From a bacterium (lineage in GTDB: Bacteria > Electryoneota > Electryoneia > Electryoneales > Electryoneaceae), in contig OY769902.1 of NCBI GenBank assembly GCA_963669175.1, positions 64,001 to 128,000 of the forward strand: a DNA stretch of 64,000 bases. The letters are read 5' to 3'. This document shows, one piece after another, positions 20,227 through 30,487 of this stretch; the stretch's first letter is position 1; every line of letters begins with the position of its first letter. A model generated the notes under the pieces. That model did not search any database and was not told where the DNA came from. It saw nothing but the letters and a program-made list of their open reading frames with translations. The position numbers and the translations under genes were made by a program.

Positions 20227-21603
20227 ATGCGCCGCCTGTTTCTGCTGCTATGCCTCGGACTGACGATTCCTGCGCTGAGCTTTGGACAACCTTTACAGGG
20301 AACGATTTACGGCGAAGTCGGTCCGGGTATTGTCCAGGTAAGCGACACCTGTTATGTCCCTGCCGACAGCATCCTGACCATCCTCCCCGGCACTACGCTT
20401 TCCTTCACCGGTCCGTTCTCCATCGAAGTTCAAGGCAGCGTCATGGCTGTCGGCAATGAAGCAGAACCTGTTCAATTCTGCAATGACGAGACTTCCAGTT
20501 TCGATTGGACCGGCTTCCGTTTCATCAATTCGGACAGCTCCAGCTTTGTGCATTGTTCTTTCGTCGATGCCATGGCCGGGGAACAATCTCCCGAATCCTA
20601 TGGCGGCGCGATTTATATGAACCGTGCTATCATCAATTTCGAGTATTGCACCTTCACCGGCAATTATGCCAGCAAAGGCGGCGCGCTGTATGTCTATAAT
20701 TCAACTGCCTACCTGACCTGTTCCCTGCTGGAAGAGAACAGCGCCCAGGTTGAAGGCGGCGCCTTGTATATCTCCGGATCCGATTTCACCATCTTCCGTT
20801 GCATTTTCAACAGTAACTCCGCCGTCACACGTGGCGGCGTATTTTCCATCCTCAATTCACCGGAAAGCATGTATAACTGCACCTTTATCAACAATGAAGC
20901 TGCTATCGGAGCGGCGATCTATCATATCAGCAATACCGTCCAGCTCTACAACAGTATCTTTGCCGGAAATATCGGCCAGTCAACGATAATCAACGACATG
21001 AACGCCAATTTCATCGCCCAGTATAACTGTTTTTACGAGAACGATGAGAATTTTGAGGGCGACAACCTGCACCCGGCCCTGGGCATGATCCTACGCGTGA
21101 ACCAGAACGGCGATTCCTGCGACTTCTTTTACAACCTCTATCGTGACCCGGTGTTATCGCCCTGGCGTGGTGATCACGGTGAAGTGTATATCCTGGAAAA
21201 CTCACCCTGCATCGATGCGGGAGATCCGGCCAGTGAGGTCTATGATCCGGACGGTTCAATCCCGGACATGGGTGCGTATCCCTATTCGGCGGATGATGTT
21301 ACCGATCCTCCGCAATCTTCAGCGATTCCGGGAACTTTTGCCTTCGAGGACGTCTATCCAAATCCCTTCAACGGGGACGTTACCATCGGTTACTCCTTGC
21401 CGTCCACGTCAGCGGTAAAGGCAGATGTGTATGCCCTGGATGGCCGTCTCGTGACCTCATTATCCGTCCCGATGCGGCAGGCAGGCAACGGTCAGGTTCA
21501 TTGGCGCCCGGACGTTTCTCTTTCCAGCGGGGTGTACCTGGTGAAGTTGACAGCAACAGATTTGAACATGACAGGACTGACAAAGGTGGTTTACGTCAAG
21601 TGA
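20227..21603 (+). CDS. Secreted right-handed beta-helix protein with Por/T9SS-type CTD
   Basis: GGAIY / FTGNYA..GGALY repeats, SPCIDAGDP...DPDGSIPDMGAY, YPNPFN...SSGVYLVKL...KVVYVK. Confidence 0.85.
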   Translation: MRRLFLLLCLGLTIPALSFGQPLQGTIYGEVGPGIVQVSDTCYVPADSILTILPGTTLSFTGPFSIEVQGSVMAVGNEAEPVQFCNDETSSFDWTGFRFINSDSSSFVHCSFVDAMAGEQSPESYGGAIYMNRAIINFEYCTFTGNYASKGGALYVYNSTAYLTCSLLEENSAQVEGGALYISGSDFTIFRCIFNSNSAVTRGGVFSILNSPESMYNCTFINNEAAIGAAIYHISNTVQLYNSIFAGNIGQSTIINDMNANFIAQYNCFYENDENFEGDNLHPALGMILRVNQNGDSCDFFYNLYRDPVLSPWRGDHGEVYILENSPCIDAGDPASEVYDPDGSIPDMGAYPYSADDVTDPPQSSAIPGTFAFEDVYPNPFNGDVTIGYSLPSTSAVKADVYALDGRLVTSLSVPMRQAGNGQVHWRPDVSLSSGVYLVKLTATDLNMTGLTKVVYVK

Positions 21604-21659
21604 TTGATTTTGTCTGATTTGTATGGATTTGGCTATCAATGATTTGCATGTTACAGAAA

Positions 21660-21965
21660 ATCGGGACTGCTACACTTTTCTGCAGGAAACATACCTTTTA
21701 TACAAGACAAATGACTGTTTAGATAGATAAATACCGGTTTTCATAGAGAAATAAGAGCAGAAAAGGTAGCTGTCCCAAGATTTTCCCACTGGCATCGTGA
21801 TGAAGCAGGCGAAAAATCCGGTACAGTCACCTTTTCACCACCTCTGATTGTATTCTCTTGGATTTGAGAATATATATGGAAAAAGGGGACCGCTTTCTTT
21901 TGCACAAGGAAAGTAAGAGTGTTCTATTATGGCGCAAGGAAAAGGATTCCACCCCCTTTTTCCCG
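21660..21965. repeat. Degenerate AAAAGG/CCTTTT REP-like palindromes
   Basis: GGGACTGCTACACTTTTC with near-inverse GAAAAGGTAGCTGTCCC; GGTACAGTCACCTTTTC; AAAAGGGGACCGCTTTCTTTT. Confidence 0.6.
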
Positions 21966-22329
21966 GCAGTTTTATGGCGAAAAAAACCGAGTACTGCCAA
22001 GGTTCTAAAAATCTTGAATCCCCTTCGTTTACCTCGAAGAGGTGAAACGTGAAAGGCGCGGTGCGTAAGCGCCGGGAAACAAATACACTTACCACCTTTC
22101 GATCCCGAAGGGATTGCACAATCACTTCATGATCCAATTCGACGAAAAATTATCTTCTTCATCATTCCTCATTCTGCCCACCATATATTTTTACTATCTT
22201 GCTGAACATGTTGCTTGTGAGGATACCATCATGATCCTGCTGGAAAACTCATGGGGAGAACATTCCAGCGCATTCCAATTCCGACCGGTTGACAGTATCG
22301 CGATCTTTTTTCGTACGGGGGAGTGAACA

Positions 22330-25300
22330 ATGAATCGTATTTCGGTCAAACCCGCCTGGGTGGCATTCTTTCTGCTGGCGCTGCTTGCACTGTCCATACC
22401 GGGTTGTGAACAAGGGAACAGCGTTTTCATCAAGGAAGCGCAACCGCAGAATCCAGTCCCACGCACCAGCAATATCACCATCCTGTTTTCCACGGATATT
22501 GTTGGCAACGAACGTGTTGGCGAATCTTTTGACAGCGCCGACGTGACCATTGATCCCCCGTTCCCCGGCTGGTATCGCTGGATTGACACTCGTTCCCTGC
22601 AGTTTATGCCTACGGAACCTCTGCCGCCTTCCAGCCGGTTTACCTTTACCGTCAATTCCGGTGTAATTGAGGTTCCGGGCATCACCATGACCGGAAAAAA
22701 ATCCTTTGATATCTACACAACTCCCTTCTCCGTGCTGGCTGTTCACCATATTATGACCCCCTCATCAACCAATCCGAAGAATGCTATCCTTACTGTCCAG
22801 CTCACCTTCACCGACCCGGTCGAACCTGACGAAGTGCTGAACAATGTTCGTATCTACAGTGAGAACTCCAACCGTGAGATCGGTTTCACCCTGTTGAACC
22901 CTTCAGGCGCAGCGAGCGAATTCACACTTGTTACGGAAGACCTGGTCCGTCCGGAAAAAGAAAACAGCTTTGTTCGGGTTGAAGTTGACGCCGCCATCAA
23001 ATGCCTTAACGGAACCCTGCCGTTGGGGGAAACGGAAGCTCGCAAAGTCTCGCTGGAGAAGCTGGATGAGCTGAAAGTGAACAGCATTTCTCCATCCCAG
23101 CATGACAAGGCATTCAGCATTTCCATACGCTTATCCATTCCAATCGATCCGGTTGATGCCAGCAAATACATTGAACTGCAGCCGGAAATGGATTATGAGG
23201 TTGTGTCAGGCTATTCTGACCAGTTGCTGATTACCGGTGATTTCAAGCAGGAACAGCAGGTCCGGGTTATCCTGAAACCGGGATTGACCGCGTTGAACGG
23301 AAAACTCCTGGAAAAGGAATTCAGCCAGACAATCACCTTCCCCAAGCTGCAACCCTCGGTCTCCTTTGCATCACCCGGGAGATACCTGTCCCACAGTGGG
23401 ATGCAGAATGTGGCGCTGGAAGTGGTGAATATGGACAGCATACGTGTCCAGGTAGCCAAGATTTACACCAATAACCTGGTGCATTTCCTTCACAACGGTG
23501 GATTGGGCGGTCTTTACGGGAATACCGGCAATTATGGCACAACCGTTGTAAACGAATTGATTCCCATCTCCTCGCCTGACGGGTATCCGCTTGAGGTGCC
23601 GACACCCGTTACAGTCAACTTCGAAAACTTGCTGCGTGATAACCCGTCCGGTTTGTTCGTGATGACACTTCGCGACAATAACCGTTACTGGCGCAGCGAC
23701 AGCCGTTGCATCATGATCACTGACATCGGTATGATCGCCAAACGTGCGGAAGACGAGTTGCATGTCTGGGCTTTGTCCACCAGCACACTTCGCCCCTTGA
23801 ACGGTGTCCGGATTGAACTGCTCAGCGACAATAACCAGTCCATGGGTAAAGCGGTCACAGACGGTGAAGGTCATGCTATCATTCGCGGATTGAATGGACT
23901 GGAAGAGGATTTCAACCCGTTTGTCATTGCCGCGCAGCATGGTCAGGACTTTTCATTCCTTGATTTCGGAAGCAGTTACATCTCGACGTCAAACTTTGAC
24001 GTTGGTGGCGATAGTTACCATAGCAAACCGTTTGACGCCTGGTTGTACGGTGATCGTGATGTGTACCGTCCCGGCGAGACCGCGCATATCGCCTGTATCG
24101 TTCGTTCCACCAGCGGTCTGGTCCCCTCCAACTTCCCGGTTCGGATGAAGATAACCGACCCGGCCGGAAGAACTGTATTCGAGGAAAAGGGACGGTTGGG
24201 GCTGGAAAGTATGGATGAGTTCACCTTCGACATCCCTGCGTTTGCCCGTACCGGACACTATTACGCTCAACTCTACGCTACCGGTGACAACACTATCGGA
24301 GACTACAGTTTCCAGGTGGAAGAGTTCATGCCGGACCGGATCAAGGTGGGCCTTGAAACCAACGGAGACCAATTTGCACCCGGGGATACGATCAGAGTCG
24401 ATGTCACTGGTACCATGCTGTTCGGTCCACCCGCCTCAGGCAGACGTAGCGAAGCGGTCCTTACCATGACACCGACCTCGTTCCAGTCCGGAAATTGGTC
24501 CGACTTCACATTCGGGAACAGTGAACGCGAATTCTCCCGTCTGGAAGAAAACCTCGGTGAACAGAAACTGGACGACAATGGTATAGCGGAATTTGCCTAT
24601 GTCATCGGTGAAGGCAATCGTCCCCCGGCAGCGTTAAAGGGAAATATCCGCGCTACGGTATATGAGATGGGCGGACGTGCGGTGAATAATTATCAAAACG
24701 TAACGATTTACCCCTATTCCCGATACATAGGTGTCAAACGCCAGAACAGCGCCTACGCTGTACCCAATAAAGCGGAAAACATCCAGTTTGTTGTGATCGA
24801 TCCTGAAGGAAATCCGGTCAACACCGATAAGCTTGAAATTACCTTCTTCAAGTACAACTGGCGGACCAGCCTGGTTCGGGATCGCAACGGTCATTATTAC
24901 CGTTCCAACCGTGTACCGCAAATCATCGGACGAGAAACTGCGTCGTTTTCCGGCACTCAAGCGTCGGTGGAATTCACTCCCCCGACCTATGGCAGTTACG
25001 GCGTCCAGATCGAAGATCCGGAATCCGGCGCTTCTTCTTTGATCATGTTCTATGCCAGCGGCTGGGGATACAGTCCCTGGGCCATGCAGAACCCGGATCA
25101 GATAGAACTGGAACTGGATCGTGAGGCATACAAACCCGGACAATCGGCCAATGTTCTGGTGAAAGCGCCGTTCGGTGGAAAACTGCTGCTAACCGTGGAA
25201 CGGGATAACATCCTCTATTCCCGTTTGATCGCGATGGAGGGCAATACCGCAGAGATCAGCATTCCGGTTCGGAACAGCTTTGAACCGAATGCCTATGTCT

Positions 25301-27783
25301 GCGCCACATTGGTGCGTGCGGGACAGGATGTTGATCCCGAAGCGCCCATGCGCGCCATCGGGATTGTTCCGCTTATGATTGACATGAGCAGTCACCGCAT
25401 GGGATTGACCATTTCCGCCCCGAAAGAGATGCGTCCAAAACAACCGATGGAAGTCACCCTGACCGCACGCGGTGCGTCCGGGACAGCGGCGGTCACCCTC
25501 GCCGCTGTCGATGAAGGCATCCTGCAACTGACCAACTATCAGACGCCTGACCCGTACAGCTATTACTTCGGGAAACGTCAGCTAAATGTATCCACCTATG
25601 ACCTGTTCCAGAAACTGATGCCGGAAACCGAAGCGGCCAAGTTGCATTCCAGCCCCGGCGGCGGCAAAAGCGCGGCAGATATGGGGCATGTTTCCGCGTT
25701 GTCGCAGCACCGGGTCAAACCGGTATCGTTATGGTCAGGCATTGTGACCATGAACAGTGGCCGTGCGAAAATCAAGTTTGATATTCCCGAGTTCAACGGA
25801 CGCCTGCGTCTGATGGCGGTGGCGGTCGATGGGAACAACTATGACGCGGCCGAAAGCTACGTGCAGGTGCGCGATCCTGTTGTCCTGACCCCGACCTTCC
25901 CGCGTTTCGTTGCCGGTGGCGATAAGTTCCGCGTTCCGGTGAATGTATTCAACGGCACCGGGAAAACCGCATCCATCGTTGTCAAGCTGGATATTGAAGG
26001 CCCGTTGACGATTGACGGTGCGAATAGTCAGACAGTGGAAGTGCAGCCGGAAAAAGAGGGACAGGTTTTCTTCTCGCTGGAAGCGAAACATGCGCATGAA
26101 CTTGCCACGGCTACATTGACTGCCACCGGTGGCGGAGTTTCGGTTTCTGTGAAAACCACACTTCCGGTTCGTCCGCCAACCCAACCGCAAAGCTTCAGCG
26201 GGGCGAGTTCCTTCGAGGCAGGTAATAAAGTCACCATCAATCTGCCCGGCGATTTCGTAGAAGGGACAGATTCATACGCATTGCATGTTATGTCCACACC
26301 CGGCCTGGAATACTCGGCCAGCCTTGAATACCTGCTGAAATACCCATACGGATGTCTCGAACAGACCGCATCCTGTGCGTTCCCCTTGCTGTACTATGAT
26401 GATCTGGCCAAGCAGGTTTACCCGGACCAGTTCCACGATTCCGCGCCTGAATACTATGTCCAGGAAGCCATTACAAAGATCATCTCGTTGCAGAATTCGA
26501 ATGGCTCGTTCAGCTACTGGCCCGGTGATGATATGGAAACCCGCTACCCCTGGGCATCGATCTATGCTGCCCATTTCCTCGTGGAAGCAAAAGAGATGGG
26601 CTATGATGTTACTGATTCCGTTTTGAAACAGGCTCGCAGGTTCCTGAAAAATGTGGTTGACGGGAAATACGACTTTGAAACATCCTGGTTTTCACACTGG
26701 GGAAATACCCTGTCTTCCTCTTACCAGGAACGATACAACATGCGAATCCGTACTTACGCCATGTTTGTCCTGGCCATGATGGATAAACCCGAACGTGGCG
26801 CGATGAATGTGATCTTTGACCGGAAAAAGGACAAGCTTACCCCGGAATCACGCGCACTGCTGGCCGGAGCCTATGCCATGAGCGGTGATATGGCCACCGC
26901 GCGTGAACTCCTGCCCCAGAAAGCCTATCCGGAATCCGATCAAAACAGGCAGAACGGCTACAGCTTTTACAGCCAGACCCGTTCCGATGCGATCAACCTG
27001 CATGTGCTGGCCCACTTCCAGCCGGACAGCCCGGTTATTCCTGTCCTGGTCGAACGCTTAAAGAAACAATCTCACAGTGGCAGGTGGTACACAACTCAGG
27101 AAAACGCATGGGCGCTGCTTGCCCTGGGACGCCTGTATCATGGAATCGGCGATTCCGACTATACTGGACGAGTACTGGTGGATGGCAAAGAAACCGCCAC
27201 CTTCGATTCTGAACCATTTTCCATTTCGGCAAAGGATTGGGCAAACAAAAAGATAGAACTTAGCACCGAAGGGAAAGGCAGGTGTTTCTATTACTGGGAA
27301 GCACGCGGACTGCCTGAGAAGCCACAATACCTGGATGTCAACGAAGGTATGAAAGTCACACGAAATTACTACTCGTATGACGGTCAATCGCTGGCCCTTG
27401 ATGAGATCAAACAGGGTGACCTGGTTGTGGTGGAAATCATTGTCTCCAACACCAGCAGCCGGTATTGCCTGTTCAACGTGATCGTCGATGATATGCTTCC
27501 GGCTGGATTGGAAGTTGAGAATCCACGCCTGGAATCACGTCAGCAACTGACCTGGATCAATCGTTCCGGTATCCTGAACCCCACATCCATGGACATGCGG
27601 GATGATCGTGTCCTGCTGTTCCTTGACCTGAATTCCAGAAATGACCGCCGGTACTATTATTCTGCGCGTGCTGTAACGACAGGACGCTTTGCGCTGCCCC
27701 CGATCCAGGCGGAAACCATGTATGATCCTACGATCCGCAGTATCAGTTCTTCCGGGGTCATGGAGGTCAAACCCAGGAAATGA
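22330..27783 (+). CDS. yfhM: Bacterial alpha-2-macroglobulin (YfhM-like) lipoprotein
   Basis: Lipobox IPGC, DRDVYRPGE, FQVEEFMP, AAVDEGIL, thioester YPYGCLEQ, YTTQENAWAL, DMLPAGLEVEN, DDRV; followed by pbpC. Confidence 0.95.
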   Translation: MNRISVKPAWVAFFLLALLALSIPGCEQGNSVFIKEAQPQNPVPRTSNITILFSTDIVGNERVGESFDSADVTIDPPFPGWYRWIDTRSLQFMPTEPLPPSSRFTFTVNSGVIEVPGITMTGKKSFDIYTTPFSVLAVHHIMTPSSTNPKNAILTVQLTFTDPVEPDEVLNNVRIYSENSNREIGFTLLNPSGAASEFTLVTEDLVRPEKENSFVRVEVDAAIKCLNGTLPLGETEARKVSLEKLDELKVNSISPSQHDKAFSISIRLSIPIDPVDASKYIELQPEMDYEVVSGYSDQLLITGDFKQEQQVRVILKPGLTALNGKLLEKEFSQTITFPKLQPSVSFASPGRYLSHSGMQNVALEVVNMDSIRVQVAKIYTNNLVHFLHNGGLGGLYGNTGNYGTTVVNELIPISSPDGYPLEVPTPVTVNFENLLRDNPSGLFVMTLRDNNRYWRSDSRCIMITDIGMIAKRAEDELHVWALSTSTLRPLNGVRIELLSDNNQSMGKAVTDGEGHAIIRGLNGLEEDFNPFVIAAQHGQDFSFLDFGSSYISTSNFDVGGDSYHSKPFDAWLYGDRDVYRPGETAHIACIVRSTSGLVPSNFPVRMKITDPAGRTVFEEKGRLGLESMDEFTFDIPAFARTGHYYAQLYATGDNTIGDYSFQVEEFMPDRIKVGLETNGDQFAPGDTIRVDVTGTMLFGPPASGRRSEAVLTMTPTSFQSGNWSDFTFGNSEREFSRLEENLGEQKLDDNGIAEFAYVIGEGNRPPAALKGNIRATVYEMGGRAVNNYQNVTIYPYSRYIGVKRQNSAYAVPNKAENIQFVVIDPEGNPVNTDKLEITFFKYNWRTSLVRDRNGHYYRSNRVPQIIGRETASFSGTQASVEFTPPTYGSYGVQIEDPESGASSLIMFYASGWGYSPWAMQNPDQIELELDREAYKPGQSANVLVKAPFGGKLLLTVERDNILYSRLIAMEGNTAEISIPVRNSFEPNAYVCATLVRAGQDVDPEAPMRAIGIVPLMIDMSSHRMGLTISAPKEMRPKQPMEVTLTARGASGTAAVTLAAVDEGILQLTNYQTPDPYSYYFGKRQLNVSTYDLFQKLMPETEAAKLHSSPGGGKSAADMGHVSALSQHRVKPVSLWSGIVTMNSGRAKIKFDIPEFNGRLRLMAVAVDGNNYDAAESYVQVRDPVVLTPTFPRFVAGGDKFRVPVNVFNGTGKTASIVVKLDIEGPLTIDGANSQTVEVQPEKEGQVFFSLEAKHAHELATATLTATGGGVSVSVKTTLPVRPPTQPQSFSGASSFEAGNKVTINLPGDFVEGTDSYALHVMSTPGLEYSASLEYLLKYPYGCLEQTASCAFPLLYYDDLAKQVYPDQFHDSAPEYYVQEAITKIISLQNSNGSFSYWPGDDMETRYPWASIYAAHFLVEAKEMGYDVTDSVLKQARRFLKNVVDGKYDFETSWFSHWGNTLSSSYQERYNMRIRTYAMFVLAMMDKPERGAMNVIFDRKKDKLTPESRALLAGAYAMSGDMATARELLPQKAYPESDQNRQNGYSFYSQTRSDAINLHVLAHFQPDSPVIPVLVERLKKQSHSGRWYTTQENAWALLALGRLYHGIGDSDYTGRVLVDGKETATFDSEPFSISAKDWANKKIELSTEGKGRCFYYWEARGLPEKPQYLDVNEGMKVTRNYYSYDGQSLALDEIKQGDLVVVEIIVSNTSSRYCLFNVIVDDMLPAGLEVENPRLESRQQLTWINRSGILNPTSMDMRDDRVLLFLDLNSRNDRRYYYSARAVTTGRFALPPIQAETMYDPTIRSISSSGVMEVKPRK

Positions 27784-30143
27784 CAGGTACGGAGGCATCG
27801 AGGAATCTTCTTCAGCACGTGAGAAACTGGCTCAGCCATCACCCGCGAATACGGAATACACTTTTCGTATTGGTGGGGATGGCTGTGCTATTTGTGTTGT
27901 TGCTGCTTGTGGTTCCCCTGCCACCGGACAGTATGAATCCTCCGGCTTCAACGGTTGTCTTTGACCATGAAGGCAAGTTGCTGCGGGTGTACCTGTCTTC
28001 CGAGGATGCCTACCTGGTCCCGGCAGCGCTGGATGACATTTCTCCCCATCTACAGGCCGCGTTTCTTACCTATGAAGACCGTTATTTTTACGCCCATCCG
28101 GGGCTGAACCCGGTCGCCATCACACGCGCTGCATGGATGAACCTGCGTGCCGGAAAGGTGCTGTCAGGCGGATCTACCATCACCCAGCAGTTGGCGCGAA
28201 TGATTGACCCACGTCCTCGTACTCTACCGGTCAAACTGCTTGAAGCCTTTCGCGCACTGCAACTCGAATTGCGGTATTCAAAGAAGGAAATCTTTACTGC
28301 CTATCTGAACCGAGTCCCCTTCGGCGGAAATGTGATCGGTGTGGAAGCGGCGTCGCAGATATACTTCGGCAAACCGTCTCGCGAACTTGGTCCGGGTGAA
28401 GCGGCGCTACTCGCAGCGATCCCCAAGTCCCCGGCGAACCTGCGTCCGGATCGTTACCCGGAAGCCGCCCGGAAACGCCGAGACGAAGTACTTCGTCGTA
28501 TGCTCGAAAACGATGTGATCACATCGGACCAGTTTGATCGCGCGATTGCGGAATCAGCGGCGCATGGCTGGAAACCGTTCCCACTCTACGCACCTCATGT
28601 TTGTGATGAGCTCGCTGCCGCTTCAGGTCGCACGGGAAGAAAATACACAACCACAATCGACCTGAAGATTCAGGAAACCGCGCGGCGCCTGCTGGAACGT
28701 CATGTCAACCAGCTACGCGGGTTCAACATCTCCAACGGCGCTTTGGTGATACTGGAAAATGAAACCGGAGCAGTTCGAGCGCTGGTGGGGTCGGCGGATT
28801 ATTTTGATGAGAAAAATGGCGGCCAGGTGAACGGCGCTCTGGCAGAACGATCCCCCGGCTCCACTCTTAAACCGTTTGTCTATGCGCTGGGCATTGATGA
28901 TGGCCTGCTGACACCTTCCACCCTGCTGGAAGACATTCCGGTGAGCTACAGCGGGTATGCCCCGGTGAACTATGACGAAACCTTCCAGGGAATGATCACC
29001 GCACAATATGCGCTTACCCATTCGCTCAATGTCCCGGCCGTCAATGTGTTGCACGACGTTGGCCTGACACGCTTGATCGGTTTCCTCCGACAAGGCGGTA
29101 TCCATACCCTGGAAAAGGGGCCGGAACATTTCGGCCTGTCGCTGATCCTGGGCGGTGTCGGGGTACGTTTGCTGGAACTGACCAACCTGTACGCCATGCT
29201 GGCGCGTCAGGGTGAGTTTATTTCCTATCGCCTGCTGGAATCCCAGCCGGTATTGCAATCCAAACGATTGCTGACTGAAGGTTCCGCCTTTATCATCACC
29301 GATATGCTGACCGAGGTGCGTCGTCCCGATTTCCCGTCCACATGGGAATACACCGCCAACCTGCCCAAGATCGCCTGGAAGACCGGGACATCATACGGCA
29401 ACCGTGATGCCTGGAGCATCGGCTATACCCCGCGCTACACCATTGGGGTATGGATCGGGAATTTCTCCGGTGTGGGCGCTCCGGCGCTGGTGGGCGCGGA
29501 TGCCGCCGGACCGTTGCTCTTCGACCTGTTCACCGCACTTGAAGCGGGAAAAGGTGAATGGTATCTGCGGCCGGTGGAGGTGGATGAACGTGAGGTCTGC
29601 GCCCTGTCCGGCATGCTGCCCGGGCCGGGCTGTACCGAAATAAAACGCGAGCTGTATCATGTGGATTATTCACTTCGTGAAGAATGTACCTTCCACCAGG
29701 TCTATGAGATCGATGATGCAACCGGCTATCGTTTGTGCCCTTCCTGCCGTGTCGGTAAGTACTATCAAGAGAAAGTGTTCGTCACCTGGCCTTCCAAAAT
29801 TACGGCGTGGCGAAGGTCTGTAGGACTTCCCCTTGAGACCATCCCGCAACATGATCCCAAATGCAGCCGTATCGCAGGAGAAAACGCCCCGTCTATCCGT
29901 TCCCCGGAAGAAGGGATCACGTACATTATTCGCAGGTTTGTGCCCCTTGAAGATCAACAGATTCCGCTTGAGGCAGCCTTTGGCAGTGATGTGAAAACGG
30001 TGTACTGGTTCGTGGACCGGGAGTTAATCTTTGAAGGAAAACCGGATCAGCTTGTTTTCTGGCCCCCGGAGCGTGGAAAACACACCGTTACATGCATGGA
30101 TGACGAGGGACGCGAAGCCAGCCGTGAGATTGTGGTGGAGTAA
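27780..30143 (+). CDS. pbpC: Penicillin-binding protein 1C
   Basis: EDRYF..HPG, SGGSTITQQL, RSPGSTLKPF, SLN, WKTGTSYG; ATGA overlap with the a2M gene. Confidence 0.95.
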   Translation: MTGTEASRNLLQHVRNWLSHHPRIRNTLFVLVGMAVLFVLLLLVVPLPPDSMNPPASTVVFDHEGKLLRVYLSSEDAYLVPAALDDISPHLQAAFLTYEDRYFYAHPGLNPVAITRAAWMNLRAGKVLSGGSTITQQLARMIDPRPRTLPVKLLEAFRALQLELRYSKKEIFTAYLNRVPFGGNVIGVEAASQIYFGKPSRELGPGEAALLAAIPKSPANLRPDRYPEAARKRRDEVLRRMLENDVITSDQFDRAIAESAAHGWKPFPLYAPHVCDELAAASGRTGRKYTTTIDLKIQETARRLLERHVNQLRGFNISNGALVILENETGAVRALVGSADYFDEKNGGQVNGALAERSPGSTLKPFVYALGIDDGLLTPSTLLEDIPVSYSGYAPVNYDETFQGMITAQYALTHSLNVPAVNVLHDVGLTRLIGFLRQGGIHTLEKGPEHFGLSLILGGVGVRLLELTNLYAMLARQGEFISYRLLESQPVLQSKRLLTEGSAFIITDMLTEVRRPDFPSTWEYTANLPKIAWKTGTSYGNRDAWSIGYTPRYTIGVWIGNFSGVGAPALVGADAAGPLLFDLFTALEAGKGEWYLRPVEVDEREVCALSGMLPGPGCTEIKRELYHVDYSLREECTFHQVYEIDDATGYRLCPSCRVGKYYQEKVFVTWPSKITAWRRSVGLPLETIPQHDPKCSRIAGENAPSIRSPEEGITYIIRRFVPLEDQQIPLEAAFGSDVKTVYWFVDRELIFEGKPDQLVFWPPERGKHTVTCMDDEGREASREIVVE

Positions 30144-30174
30144 TCTTGTGTTATGTTCCATTACATCCAGGACG

Positions 30175-30487
30175 GGTTGCCCGATCCGCAAGTGATTGAT
30201 TTTCCATAGCTGATGCCGCCAGAATACTCCTACACAAGCAAGACCAATCGCTTCACTCCGAGCGCATCGGGACTGAGCAGAAGACTCCGCAAAAAGGGAC
30301 AGCCACCTTATGAAACCCGACAGCAAGCAGTCGGGCCAAGCGCGCTCTACGTGGAAAGGAAACAATCCCCTTTTGCTGCTACTTGACTACAGGCGGACTG
30401 ACGCTCTATATAGAACAAACCCCGCCGGGCAGCCGTTTCCGCTTCGCTTCAGCGTGCTTCAAGCCGTCGGGGCCAGATTCTTTCACT
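30175..30487 (+). repeat. Composite dispersed repeat, modules C-D-E
   Basis: About 300 bp closely matching 60731-61031; ends GGGGCCA-GA-TTCTTTCACT, overlapping the kinase stop codon. Confidence 0.9.

Noticed and set aside
22090-22260. Possible decayed RAYT/transposase fragment
   Set aside because: Manual translation gave no HUH or other convincing motif.
22330-30143. a2M-pbpC as a novel defence system
   Set aside because: A well-described conserved gene pair with a canonical CxEQ thioester.
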